Shown here piece by piece: positions 23,565 through 36,608 of a DNA stretch of 64,000 nucleotides. Position 1 is the first letter of the stretch; each line of letters starts with the position of its first letter. This stretch comes from Lingula anatina (lineage: Eukaryota > Animalia > Brachiopoda). The translations under genes and the position numbers were made by a program. Location of the stretch: the NCBI GenBank assembly GCA_051362555.1, contig CM120640.1:15562001-15626000 (forward strand). The letters are read 5' to 3'. A model generated the notes under the pieces. That model did no database searches and was not told the origin of the DNA. It worked only from the letters and a program-made list of their open reading frames with translations.

Positions 23565-26500
23565 ATGCCGCACAACTACCTCAAGACGATGGCCGATGAT
23601 AATGACATCATAGGCAGTGCATCCGAATTCATAAAAGGTAGGTCCAAAGATGGATTAAACTCCCAAATATTTGTTTCTGTTCCATAAAAATAATGAAGTT
23701 TTACTAGGCATTTTGCCAATTTATCCCTGACCTTTCTGCATTTTTTTTCAGACCGGCTGTATTTTGCAACATTGCGGACGAAACCCAAATCCACTGCACA
23801 TACCCATTATTTTTGTATTGACGATGAACTGGTTTATGAAAAGTAAGTTAATTTAATTGTCGGCGTGGTTCATAAGGATTATCTGGCCCATACATGATAG
23901 AGTCTACTTATTTTGTGAGAAGACTTATGAATTCTTGTTGTGTAATATAATTTCTTGATTTTAAAGTTTAGTGAAATATCTTGGGACAGTTGTATGAGAA
24001 GAAGTCCCTTTTGCATTAAAAAGAAATATTTGCTCAGTCTGAGAAAAATAGTGTGCAATACTACTTGGAGACTGGTTATAGACTCTTAAGTGTTATAATC
24101 TTATTTTGGGTGCAAAGAAAGTAAAATATTTATATAAAATCACTGTTTTTATTTAATCTTTCTTGCATCTCATGACCAAGAACAGTAATTAGTGGAAAAA
24201 ATTCAATTAGTCACAACGTAAAACAATTTTTGTGTATTGATAAATATTTCTCTAGTCATGCATTTCTTAGATTTTAAACTTCTCTTTCAGTTTTTATGCA
24301 GATTTTGGTCCCCTCAATCTGTCCATGCTTTACAGATACTGCTGTAAACTAAATAAAAAACTTAAGGTAGGTTTTCAAATATTACACATTTATCAGAATT
24401 TGTAAATCAGTCTGAAAAAAAAAAATTACTGAGTGATGCTGAATGATGTAGATCTAAGAAATATTTCTTCAGGACTCCTATTTTATGTGCAGTATCTCAT
24501 TTGCGTCCATGGTTTTGCAGGTTTAAAAAGGGAAATTGCATCAAAAATTATATAGTGCTTCATTTGGGACTCATTTATTTGCTTGTTGATTTAACATTTT
24601 TATCATATTAAAAATCATTGGCATGTTTAATCTGATTAAATACACTGTAAAGAACTTATGTTTTGTAACTATGTTATGTAATTAATAACCTGTGAAAGTA
24701 TTGGTGGACAGAGATCAGAACAGAGTTTATTTAATAGAAGATGATACACAGAGAGAACACTTTAAAAGAGACCATTATGTTTGTGTTGTTGTGTTGATAT
24801 AATATTTTCAACAGATTGCATATGGGGATCTTATTTCAAATAGTTCCCATACATATTAATGTAATCATGATCACATTGAAAGTAATGTTCCACATTCCCT
24901 TTCTATGGTTTAACTGTACTGTGATGTGATATTAGCCCTGTAAATAGTTCGTTGAAGTTGACAGAATCCTATAGAAAAACATTATGGCATCACTTTACAT
25001 AAAATACCTGTTGGGTTAACCACAAGTATAATCTTGTTTGGACGATGTACTTTTGTATCTGTGTTCCTTAATATTCATTAGGTAATTAAATATTCTGCCC
25101 CCCACTGAAGTGCTAGAATGTTTAAAAAAAAGCATAGGGGGTGGCTTCTTGTTTCAAAACAGAGCAAGTTTTGTTATTATTACTTACCTTTACATAATCT
25201 GAATGTATAATAATATGCATTTTAAGTTTTTAAAATTTTCTTTCAGTCTTTTTCATTGGCAAAGAAAAAGATAGTCCATTATACAAGTTTTGATGCAAGG
25301 AAACGTGCCAATGCAGCATTTCTTATAGCTTCATATGCAGTAAGTATGGAGTAAAAATCTTATCTTAGGTGTATATAAATGTCATACGGACTTGTTTGCA
25401 ACAGACTAAGTTTTCAGCAAAGTATTTCCAAACAATTGCTGTTGGGCAAGGGAACTAGAAGATTAACTTATCCAAAAGTTAAACAAGCAATTATATTCAC
25501 TTACTCTTTATCATATATCACCACACGTCAGTTGATACTTTTTGCTTCCTAAGTTGTTTATAAAATGCACTATGTTCAAAGGCTGGTAGAGCACTTTACT
25601 GCTGTAGCCATAGCACTCCCGTACTAAATTTAAATAAAAAAGGAATGGCATTTGGTATTTTAGTAGAAATTTAAATTGTTCATTTTAATCAATTAAGAAT
25701 CGTGGATGCAGGAATTAATAGGTTTTAATGTTGAAACAAGAATTTGGCCAAGTGTCAAAGGCCAATTGCACAGATACATACATTGCTTGAGCTTACATTT
25801 TACAATAACATGAATTTTCTTCATATGAAGGCTGTTGAAGAAAATAACCCCTTACTACTTTTTTTGCTGGCCATAGTTGTTAAAGAATGTTAATTAGAAT
25901 GATGTGAGCTGTTACAACCATTGCTAAAAGCAGAGTGTATTTGTCAGAGAGTTTGGGGGGGGGGGGGGGGGTAAGAATATCCCAATGAATTAAACACTTA
26001 CAAGTATAGATGCTTGCCATTATAATATTGCTGTTAGAAAAGGCTGTGATATTTGGCAGTTTTGCCTTGTAACCTTATTTTTATTACTTTTGGAGGAGGA
26101 AAAAGGAGAGAAAGAAAAAAAGTAGAAATTTAAGACACGGGAAATCACTGCCATTCATTAATATGTTTGCCAGACTTGGGTGTTTCGATTTCCTTCCATG
26201 CTTGTAGAAACAAGTATGGGTTTGTAGGCAGTTAGAATGTAGGTCAAAGCTTAGTGGAAATGTTTAAAGGCAATTTGAAGTATTTGTCGCCTTATAGCAG
26301 AAATGCAGAAATGTGGTGTTGTTTGTCCCACATTTTCAGATAAATCATTTCAGTAAGAATGAGGCTTTTATAACTTCTATAGTAGTTTTAATGTATTTCA
26401 AGTTATTGTACAATAATTTGTAATATAATGAACTGCAGAAGTACATATGAAAAGTAATATTGCCTTGGCACTGTTAAAAAAAATGAAGATGTTATTAAAC

Positions 26501-29500
26501 ATGGAAAGCAAAGAGGTTGTTTTACCATGGAGTTTAGTACTACTGATCGCTAAAACTATTATTTATTTCAGATTATTTATCTAAAGAAAACACCAGAGGA
26601 AGCATATAGACCACTGGTGGCAGGGTCCAATCCACCATTTTTACCATTCAGGTGAGTAGAAGTGATATAGTTAAACAATCCAAAGGCATGCTTGCATATT
26701 GAAATTTATATTGAAAAATTGTGTTGCAATTGGTCAAAATGACACTTTAAAAAACTGATTGATAAATGTGAGGCCTTGAGTTTTGTCATTCAAAAATTAC
26801 TACTGAATGTATAACTGCATTCATGTTATGCATTTCAAGACAAATGCAGGTACTTCATAAAATTAGCTATTTATAAAGAACTTTGATTGCAGTTATTGAT
26901 TCAGTTGGTTCACAGCGGATGCTTTGTTTTCGTACTTTGAATTCAAAAGAAACCTGTGATGTATTGTAATCTCCGGTGCTAAAACCTTTACATGAACGTT
27001 TGAGAGAAATGGTCTACGTTTGACATTAAGCAAATAATGAAATAAAGAAGGCAGTGATGTGACTGGCATTCTGTGAATTTGATGCTTTCACATTCCTGTA
27101 ATTTGTCGAAGATGAAATGTTGCTGCTTTCTGAGAAATGTATGTGTTTTGTGATGTGCACCTCATCCGTATGATAAGGAATTTAGGTTGTGTTGTAAGAA
27201 GCTATTACTTTAGTGAGAACTTTTTGACATTGACCTTTACCTTTGAAATTCTTTTTTAGTTTTAGGAGTATGGTTTTACTTAACTTCAAGTTTTATTACT
27301 CCCTTCCAATTTTTATGATCAGTTGGGTTTGTGTTTGTTTTCCAAAGTAAATAGATATGCTAAAGCACAGTGAAATGCAAGAGTTCTGCATAGATGTCTA
27401 AATATATGACAATGACAACAAGAAGATCCCACCTATTTCTCAAAATTTATGATAATAATAGTAATAATAATAATAATGAGAAAGAAAGAAAGAAAAAATT
27501 GTTTTAAGTGTCAGAAATAGTGTACATAGAGAATAGTTATACTGAGTACATTCAGCAACAAGATGTTGAATGGATTTTTTAATTTTAATTTTTTTATGTT
27601 AATGAATCTCTAAATCACACTTTTTTATATTCAATTTCATGTGTGCACATTTTCTTCCCTAAAGAATTCCAGGCTTCCATGCCTTCACATCTTTGCCCAA
27701 GAACACGTAGCACTTAGCCAAACCAGACTGGGGGCCTTCCTGCCATTATATATATTGATCTTTTGAGTTTCCAAGACTTCAATCAATTTCTTTCCTCCAC
27801 CAGGCTTATTCTCTCCACACTTCATCAATCTGTATATATAACAACTAATTGTCCCTTTAAGCCGTTATATATTAAGCATTACTAAGTATCGATTCACACA
27901 TCAGGCAGTGGGAAGTATACCACAGGAGTTCATGAAGATGTTTGCTGTATGTGCGTCGCAGTTGAAGTGTGCTGAAAAAAATTAAGATATATATATATAT
28001 ATATAGTAATGTTGTCAGTGCTTAGTTACTGCTTCATTGTCATCATCAAAGAGTGGCAGCTATGAAAGGGTTCTGCCACTGTGCCCAGTTCCTGACAATG
28101 TCTGGATTGATCCCCAGCCTTCTCAATCTCCTATTTGTCTTTTCTCTAAGCTCTGCCTGTTGTACTGGTCACCTAACTAAGTGTTATACGTCTTTCTCTT
28201 TTACTCTACCCAACAGATCACATATTCATATGATGCATGACAAATTCTGTATATTGCCAATAATGTGCCATATTCAGTTTTTAAGATGGCTTATACTGGA
28301 AAAGATAAACTGCTGAAAATCTCTCTGCAAGCGGCAGTGTGGGCAATTTTTTTTTATACTTTCAAAAAGTTAATCAAGGTTAAGTATTATTATAAATTTC
28401 ATTTAACCTCCAGAATTGGAAAGCTGCACTAGGGTATCTAGACATATTTTCATTTGTTATTATCATGAGTGAATTGGAAACTAAGGGGTATTAACCCAGG
28501 GGCTTTAAGTTAACTTAAGTTGTTCTCAACGTTGTCTTGAAAGGTAATTATGATCAGCAGAAAAGGGCATTTTAAATGTTATCAAAATACTTATTACAAG
28601 AAACTGTCTAGGTTATTTAAACTGTTCTTTCATACCTAGTCATGCTGATAGTGAAGTTTAGTATCGTTTAAAAATTAATTTATTTGACATGCAGTGGCAT
28701 TTTGACAACTTTTTTAAAGGTTTTGTATTCATGTATTTATTTTCATCAGCAGTGCATGACATTGTTGGATTGTTGACGGCCTTTACCAGGGAAATTTGTG
28801 TTCTGTGCACAGACATGAATATACTGAAGTGAGGTTCTCTTCAGAGGCTGATATGGTCTCTTACCCATGCATGCAGAAGTAGACTAACTAACTGTTGGCC
28901 ATATTATTACAGGCCAGAACAACAATTATATCTAAAGGAAAGGACTGATATGCCAGCTTTTGTAAACCAGTGCATTGAGGGTTGATGAATAGTGAGCAAA
29001 GGCTATAGTGATGAATGAAAGCCCCCATAACAACACAAGTGTATATCCAGGTTGAAGGCTTTTCAGAAATGAAGTTAGAAGTGTATGGTTAAAAGGAATG
29101 ATTATATTCTGCTTAATATTTGTAATTATGATTGATCCGCCATGGTCTCTGACCAAATAACTCTGTATACATGATTGGAGTAATGCCACTGCGGCACCAG
29201 TTTAAAAACCCCGTCCCTTTTCGATTCTATTAGGTGGCTTAGTTTTACATTTAAAGTTGCTATACTGGCCTGTGTTGTAACTATGTACCTAACAAACATT
29301 GATAAGCCTCAATGTCAGCTTCAGGAACAAAGTGTAATCCAAATAACACTCTCAATTGAATCTCTGATAGGATTAAAACTGTTGTTTGTATAAAAGGCAT
29401 CCGGTGCCGTTTTAGAATTTTTAAATGATTAAAGCACTTTTATTTAAAGAGAAAAGATGCAAGCTATGTGAAAAAATCTCAGATCAAATTTTGAACAGCA

Positions 29501-32500
29501 AATTCAAGATGTTGTCACTGCAGAAGAAGGGCATCCCGAGGAAGTTTATTGGAAGGAGGTTCTAGAATTGTAAAAAATTATGGTTAGAACTAGGATAGAA
29601 AATATTTTGGGCCTAGGTTAGAAGTACAGTGCAGGGAAAAGACATCATAAAAAGTAGGGGAGAAAAACACTTTTCCTGAGGTCTACAACTCTTTCCCAAG
29701 ACGTAAAAATAAGCATCGTTATGACCTGCACTGCCCCCCCCCCCCAGAGAAAAAGTGAATAAACAATTTTAATTATTCATTTTTTATTACTATTCTCATT
29801 AATATTTTATTAATTACTTTATCATTATTATAACTTAGTTGTTGTTATTGTTGTAGCCTTATCCTTAGCCAAATTATCAATTTTATGGTCATTATCATTT
29901 TGTTTTTTCATTTATTTGATTTTTCCCTTGGATAGGAATGGGTAGTGCAAGTAGACATTTATTGACAAGCAAGTAAAAAGCCTGTAGTTCATTAGTTAAA
30001 GATATTTGGATGGAAAAAACACTACCACCAAGTGATGCTCTTCTGTCAAAACTCCCCCTGTGCTTGACAGGTACTTTGGAGAGGATTTATGTTCCTTTTA
30101 GCTGGGCGTGTTTCTGGACAAGTAACCAACAACATGACCTTAGATAAAAGAGACTGAACACTGCATCAATAATTCTCACTTACCATTTTTATTTGAGTAT
30201 TTTTTAAATTTATTTATTTTCAGAGATGCATCCTTTGGGACATGTACCTATAATCTTACCTTGCTTGACTGTCTACATGGACTGAATAAGGTAAGGTTTA
30301 ATGTTTGATCAGTTCATTTGGGTGTGGAAAATTTTCTTCAAGCTTAATGTCAGTTCCCTACTCATATGTCACCAGTGGGCTGTAGACTTTCTGATCCTTA
30401 TTCATTGGGATTACCAAATGGGGCAACCAAATTAAAGAAAAAATGACTTTTAATTTTATTTCTCAATAACTGCATAAATCTTACAAAGATATGATTGTGT
30501 TATAAAAATTAATAATTCTTATTTTGATTTATGATTGTATCAATATAAATGTTGACACAGTCTTCTCCCTTGTTCTTTTTGATGAATACTGGAAATAGCA
30601 CTTTTGTTTTGGTTTGTTGCAGGCTCTAGTAAATGGATTTTTTAACTTTGAAACATTTGATGTAGATGAATATGAGCATTACGAGGTGAGTTGCAACTGA
30701 CTATCTTGTTTATCTACTATGTTTATCTTGTGAAAATTTTTAATTTACCATATGCATGATATGATATTGTGAACAAACTTTAGAAGTTGCACATATGTCG
30801 AAAAATTTTAATACTGCTGCAGCAGTACAAGTTCACCTACAAGTCTACTTAATACTGCTGAAATTAATGCTGCAAGGTATTTGAATTTGAGGGCTGGTAA
30901 GAAATCACTGAACTAACTGGGTTTTGTAGTTCTGTTGATATGCTCCTTATCAGACGCATCAATCGCTTTGATGTTAATGGATGTAATAATTATAACAAAA
31001 TTTAACTTGTTTCATTAACTCCTAGCAGATGTGAGAACATAAACCAAATTGACCTTGCTGACCTTTAATTGGATTGAATGGATTGATGGTGTTGTAAATC
31101 AATAATATGTATCGACTGAGCATTGCCCAAATGCACTGAATTAGATTAGTTCTCATATTTTATTCATTTTTGTTTTATTTCAACACTGCAAGTCATTTAT
31201 GAATACAGTCTGGCTGTTGATTTTTGTGTAGGATTCTGAATGATTCTTTGTGGAAATGTTCTGAATTGGAGATTAAAGATTAAACTTTCTGTAGCTTTGT
31301 ATTAATATTATAACTGCTGTATAGTGCTATTATTGTGTTTCATATATTAAATATAATTCAGTATAATATAAAGTCTTTGAATTGTTTAGAGCCATAATAT
31401 GTCAATTATATAAATCTTTGCAAATTGCCTCATTTATATACTATAATTTGAAATGGAGTGAAAAAGGAAGATGACTTATTTATGAGGTTATAAGAGTTTT
31501 CTGATGATGAACTGGTTTTACAGAAAGTAGAAAATGGAGACTTCAACTGGATTTTGCCTGACAAATTTCTGGCCTTCTGTGGACCTCATGCCAAAAGCAA
31601 GATTGAAAATGGTAGGACTTGATGACTGGGGGAATGCCCAACCTTTTACTCATTTCACAAAGACACTGGACACATTTCAGTGTAGTTGTGAATGCATGCA
31701 TGTAGCTAAGCATAGACAACCGCTTCTTGGGCATAGAGAGGCAGATCTGTTTCATGCATCTCAAACATTTTTTGAAAATTCAAAGAAAAAAGATACATCT
31801 GGCTGAATTCAAGTTTTGCAGTTGTCTGTGGTTGGTGAATTATTATATTTAGATTATAAACGGTGAATAAAAGCATGGAATTCTTTGATTCTCTTCATGC
31901 AGCGAGTAGAAAATGGCGACTTAAACTGGATTTTGCCTGACAAATTTCTTGCATTCTGTGGACCACATCCAAAAAGCAAGATTGAGAATGGTAGGAATTG
32001 GTGTGCAGAATTAACAACAACATAAAAAATGCACTTTTTGATGTTTTTTTGCTGATGCTTATTTATGTGCGGCACAAGTCTTTTTGAGATAGTAATTTTA
32101 TTATGTAGATATTTACACAAAATTATAGTATATATGCAAAACGAAGTGTTGTAGGTAAATAATTGAACTTCTTTAGTAAACTTACTGTCCTTTAAGATCA
32201 GTTTTTGAAAATAGCATGGACATATTTCAGTCAAAGTATATGCTCTAACATTGAATTTTCAAGTTTTTTCAAGAAAAAAAATAAATAAGAGTATGTTCTT
32301 TGGAAGTGTGATGTAAAGAAAACTAACTGAAGACTGCATTGCTGTGTTGTATTTATAACTAGAAGTTTTTTGCTTAAAGGCTGTTTTCTGTCAACTTGAG
32401 TGATGATTCATGTAGTTCCAGTCTTAAGCATTTGATATTATTTATTCACATGTATGTGTGCACACGCATGTTACATATATGCACAAGCATGTATTTGTTG

Positions 32501-35500
32501 TATATGATAATTGTCAAAAGTAATTTATGAAAAGTGTCCATATGCATTGGAATGTTCAATTTGAATGTTTTGATTCTTGCTTTTGATCTATTCTTTGCTA
32601 AAGGAAAGAGTAATTTTTTTTTTTTTATATTGTGAAGTGTTATATTTTAAGAATTCACTTCCAGGCTACCCGCTCCACGCCCCGGAGGCCTACTTCCCTT
32701 ACTTCAGGAAACGCAACGTAACCACCATAGTGCGGCTGAACAAGAAAATCTACGACGCCAGGCGGTTCACAGATGCAGGTTTCGACCACCATGATCTCTT
32801 CTTTGTGGATGGCAGCACCCCTAGTGATGACATAGTCAAGAGGTTTTTAGAGATTGCTGAGAATGCTGAAGGTGCTATTGCTGTGCACTGCAAAGGTAAG
32901 CCTATAGTGAATAAATAGAAAACCTATGCCCTGGGATGGACGGACAGTCTCAGTGGCCTTTTGGAATGTGGACTGTCCCATCTTTGCATACAGTGGTATA
33001 TAATATATTCTAATTACCAGTGCGTGTTCGTGTCATTGCTGGATCCATCTCACACATTTGTTTTAAAGCTAAATGCTGAACAGTTTTTTTTTTTGTGTGT
33101 GTTACTTTATATTGAACAGGAGGTTCTGTCTTCCATCTGTTTTGGCTAATTTTGGTCAGTTTAGTGAAATCAGAGGCAAGATGTGACTTAATCCTGTGTT
33201 ATTTTCATGTAAATCTTTCACAGTCCTATTACACTATGGTATTTTAAGGAAAGACCTGAATAAAGATTAAATAAGATGTGTCTGGAAAGGAAGAAATAGA
33301 TATTAATATGGTTTAATTCTTTTCAGCTGGTCTTGGGCGCACAGGCTGTCTCATAGGCTGTTATATCATGAAGCATTACAAGTTCACAGCAGCAGAGCTG
33401 ATTGGATGGATAAGAATATGCCGTCCAGGGTCTATCATTGGGCCTCAGCAGAACTTCTTGGAAGAGTGAGTGGTCTTTTTGAACACTAATTTTAGGTTAC
33501 AATCTTTTCACTCTTGGCAAATTGTTTAACACAGTTCAGTTAAGTTTACGAATTAATACCTAAGTGCCTTGTTCTTTGAGCATTTTAAGGCTACAGTAGA
33601 GTTGATTTTTTGTAGAGTCACTTTTGTTTATGTGATGCCAACACAAGATGTGTTTAACCTTAACAAGTACATCGCATGTTTAATATTTTCAAAATGTGTG
33701 GTACTTGTGTACAGCCAATTTAAACAGCAATACAGATATTAAACATGCTTGTAAACGCAGCATCTCTATTAATGCAAATCCTTTTATTTTGGCACTTGAA
33801 GAAAGACCAGTCATTTCATAATCACTTGGCTTACTGTGATCTTGTAGGAAGCAAGCCTGGTTGTGGATGCAGGGGGACCTGTACAGAGCCAGACAAAAAG
33901 AGAAGGACAGGCTACGGGACAAGCACAGCGTGTCAAAACTCCTCAGCGGCATGGATGACATCAGGATACAGGACGCGGCCTACGAGAACAACAGATACAG
34001 CACCAACAAGTACCCCATGCATGAGGATGATGAGTACTATGATGATGGTGATGAGGTGGGTTTCTACCAGGATAATAAATAAATGTGTTTCAAGATTTGA
34101 ATAGGGAAGACTTCTCCTAAATGGAACTCCTTGTTTAAAACTTTTGTCACAATTGTATTTTACTTTTTTTTTTTTTTTTTGCCAAGTTTTATATCATTAC
34201 ATGTCATCAGAAAATGATGCACTACTTACAAAAATAGTTATACATTTACGCCCATTGCATAAAATTGAGTATAACCTTATTTGCATTGTTGACAACAGCA
34301 TATTTTACAAAAAAGTATTTGTAGACCAACTGTCACCCTGGCAACTGTTTGTTTGCAGTATGAAGGTCGTCCTGCCACCAGAAGTGGTAAGATTATGACC
34401 CAGGGGGACCGTCTCAACCAGCTGAAACTCCTACGACAACACCCAAGGTCTGCAACCACAGGGACATTGGCGTGAGTGGATTATTATCATTTAACAGAAG
34501 AAGAACTATTAATAAGATTATAATTTAAAATTTTCCCTTTTTCATTATTTTAATTTTTTAATGCAATGAGGATCTTGTTTTCATGTTGATCATAGTCATA
34601 AAGTGATGTGAAAGAAAGGGGCAAGTAATGTTAGTGGTAAAAATTATATTTGATATCATATGATTAAAAAATGCATATTAATCATGATTGGATATAATAA
34701 GATATAATGATTTGATATATATGAATAAAAATATTGAAAATTAGAAAGTTTATATCTACAAGATTTGTTTCCTTCTTCTCCAGGCTTGATGATGGCAAAG
34801 TCCACAAAAGGTCCACCACTCAACCCTTTAGAGTTGTGGCTTCCTCCAAGAGTGCCCAGAGTGTCATGTCACCCATGAAATCATCCAAGATCGCCTCCCA
34901 TAACCATGCTCACTCCAGTGCGCCCAGTGTGAAACGTGTCACACGACATTCCACTTCATCTTCTGCAGGAACATCAAGTGTACTTAAGAGGTAGGGAGAT
35001 GGAAAGTAAAATTACAGTTGTATAATTTTTTTTTTCTGTTTTCGCTTTTCTTTAGCACAGTGCAAATCTTTTTTTTTTTTTCTAAAACTGGTGTTCAAGG
35101 GAGTAGGCTCTGGTCTGTATTATTTTATGATTTACATAAAGGAAAAATTTTCAGAGGGGATGATAAAGGATTTCAAAATCTTGATCCAATGACGTACAGT
35201 GCTTGAAGCTGGCTTTCTGCTAAGTTTTTTTTTCCATGCACAATCCCCTACCCTGTATTTTTTGTTTCTTTAGCTTATCCCCCCCAAAATTAGCCCAGAC
35301 ATGAATAAGAAATGACAATTTGATTCATTCTTGATTTGTGATGATTAAAAAAGATATTGTCATTAATTCAGTATGCAAAAATTTTGAGGATGGTTGCATG
35401 GTGAATGACTTGAAAGACTGAGGAATGAAAAGTTTGCATGAAATAATTTTCTTATTAGTTGTAGTAGCTAAATATTATCACACCAAACCTTGTCTGTTTG

Positions 35501-36608
35501 AAACATAGTGCTATTGTAATGAATTTGAAACACCATAATTGAAATAGAAATACATTTTGACAAACGATTAAAAAAAGTCTTTCAAAAGAATAAACACTAA
35601 CAATGATAAAAGAGAAAAGACACAAAAATTGACTTTGGCTCAATGAAGACTTTGTTTGGGAAATCATGATTTACAGAAAACAAGTAAAACATTCAAGGTT
35701 TGCTCTCTTAAAAAAACTTTCATTTCTGTCCTGTTGCACATCTTTTTTAACACTTTAACATTATCTATTTTTTTCTCTGTAGCATTGTCTTGTTCTTGGG
35801 TGCATGTGTAGCTGGGTTATCTATTCTGTCAGTATACATTAGTGCGCATGAGTGAGATTGTTACCTGTGTAAAGGAGAATGTACAGGTATGTGTCTTTGA
35901 ATGGGGACATTTTGAAATTTGATACCTTAACAATAATTCTAACCCAAAACTCTTCCATTTGTCTCCTTTTCTCAACAGCACTTCTCGGCTTGCATCAGAA
36001 TATGCCTCTGATTACCTAAGTTCTAAGGCAAGGGATCTAAATGGTCGAGAACCATATTACACCAGATCGAGTGATATCTATAAAAGTACTGGAGATCATT
36101 CAAACTCATCTGCAAGTTCTGCATTGAAAAATTATAGGTCTAATTATTCCACAGTAAGTGATTCTTGTGTTGTGTAGGCAAGCTGGTGTGAAAGTGTGCA
36201 ATGTAGTTGAGAATGAAATAAAATACTGGTTTTGGATTTTGATGGGGTTTTACCTTTGTTAGACAATGTTATTAATGGCCTGTCTGCTTTCAAAATGTGC
36301 ATCACAGTTAACCATGATAATGCTTCTGCAACTGCTTGGATGGTAAGGAGCCACCTAAATTTACTCCTAGACATAATGGGGTGCTAACCATTACTGCAAC
36401 ATACATACTGTTAAGAAATTGTGGTTCTTGCTTGTCTGATGTGAACTTGAGTGTGTACTGTAAACAGTTGATTTTAGGACGCAAGTTAACAGGCCTTTTC
36501 TAATCAAACTGTAGTCTTTTAAAGATATTATGTATATATTTTTTATTCTTCTCTTTCAGTCGCTCAGGTCATCATACTCGTCTTACTAGAGCCTCTGTAC
36601 TGAGATGA
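23565..36608 (+). CDS. CDC14A: Cdc14 dual-specificity phosphatase; exons 23565(or 23589)-23637, 23752-23842, 24291-24366, 25247-25339, 26572-26651, 30224-30290, 30623-30685, [31524-31611 or 31903-31990], 32665-32895, 33327-33465, 33848-34055, 34359-34471, 34784-34990, [35783-35886], [35979-36153], 36560-36589/36608
   Basis: [46 protein letters not shown](K/R)VENGD, catalytic HCKAGLGRTG split across exons 9/10, [19 protein letters not shown]; all junctions GT-AG and in phase. Probably co-orthologous to CDC14A and CDC14B. Confidence 0.96.
31524..31611 (+). CDS. CDC14A: Cdc14 mutually exclusive exon 8a (88 nt)
   Basis: TTTTACAG|[29 protein letters not shown]+G|GTAGGA. Confidence 0.85.
31903..31990 (+). 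CDS. CDC14A: Cdc14 mutually exclusive exon 8b (88 nt)
   Basis: CATGCAG|[29 protein letters not shown]+G|GTAGGA. Confidence 0.85.
35783..35886 (+). CDS. CDC14A: Putative Cdc14 cassette exon encoding a hydrophobic C-terminal anchor (stop 35853-35855)
   Basis: Acceptor TTTTTTTCTCTGTAG, donor CAG|GTATGT; after the phase-2 exon 13 it reads [24 protein letters not shown]. Confidence 0.6.

Noticed and set aside
31534-31806. 90-aa [12 protein letters not shown]...
   Set aside because: Out-of-frame reading of Cdc14 exon 8a plus intron
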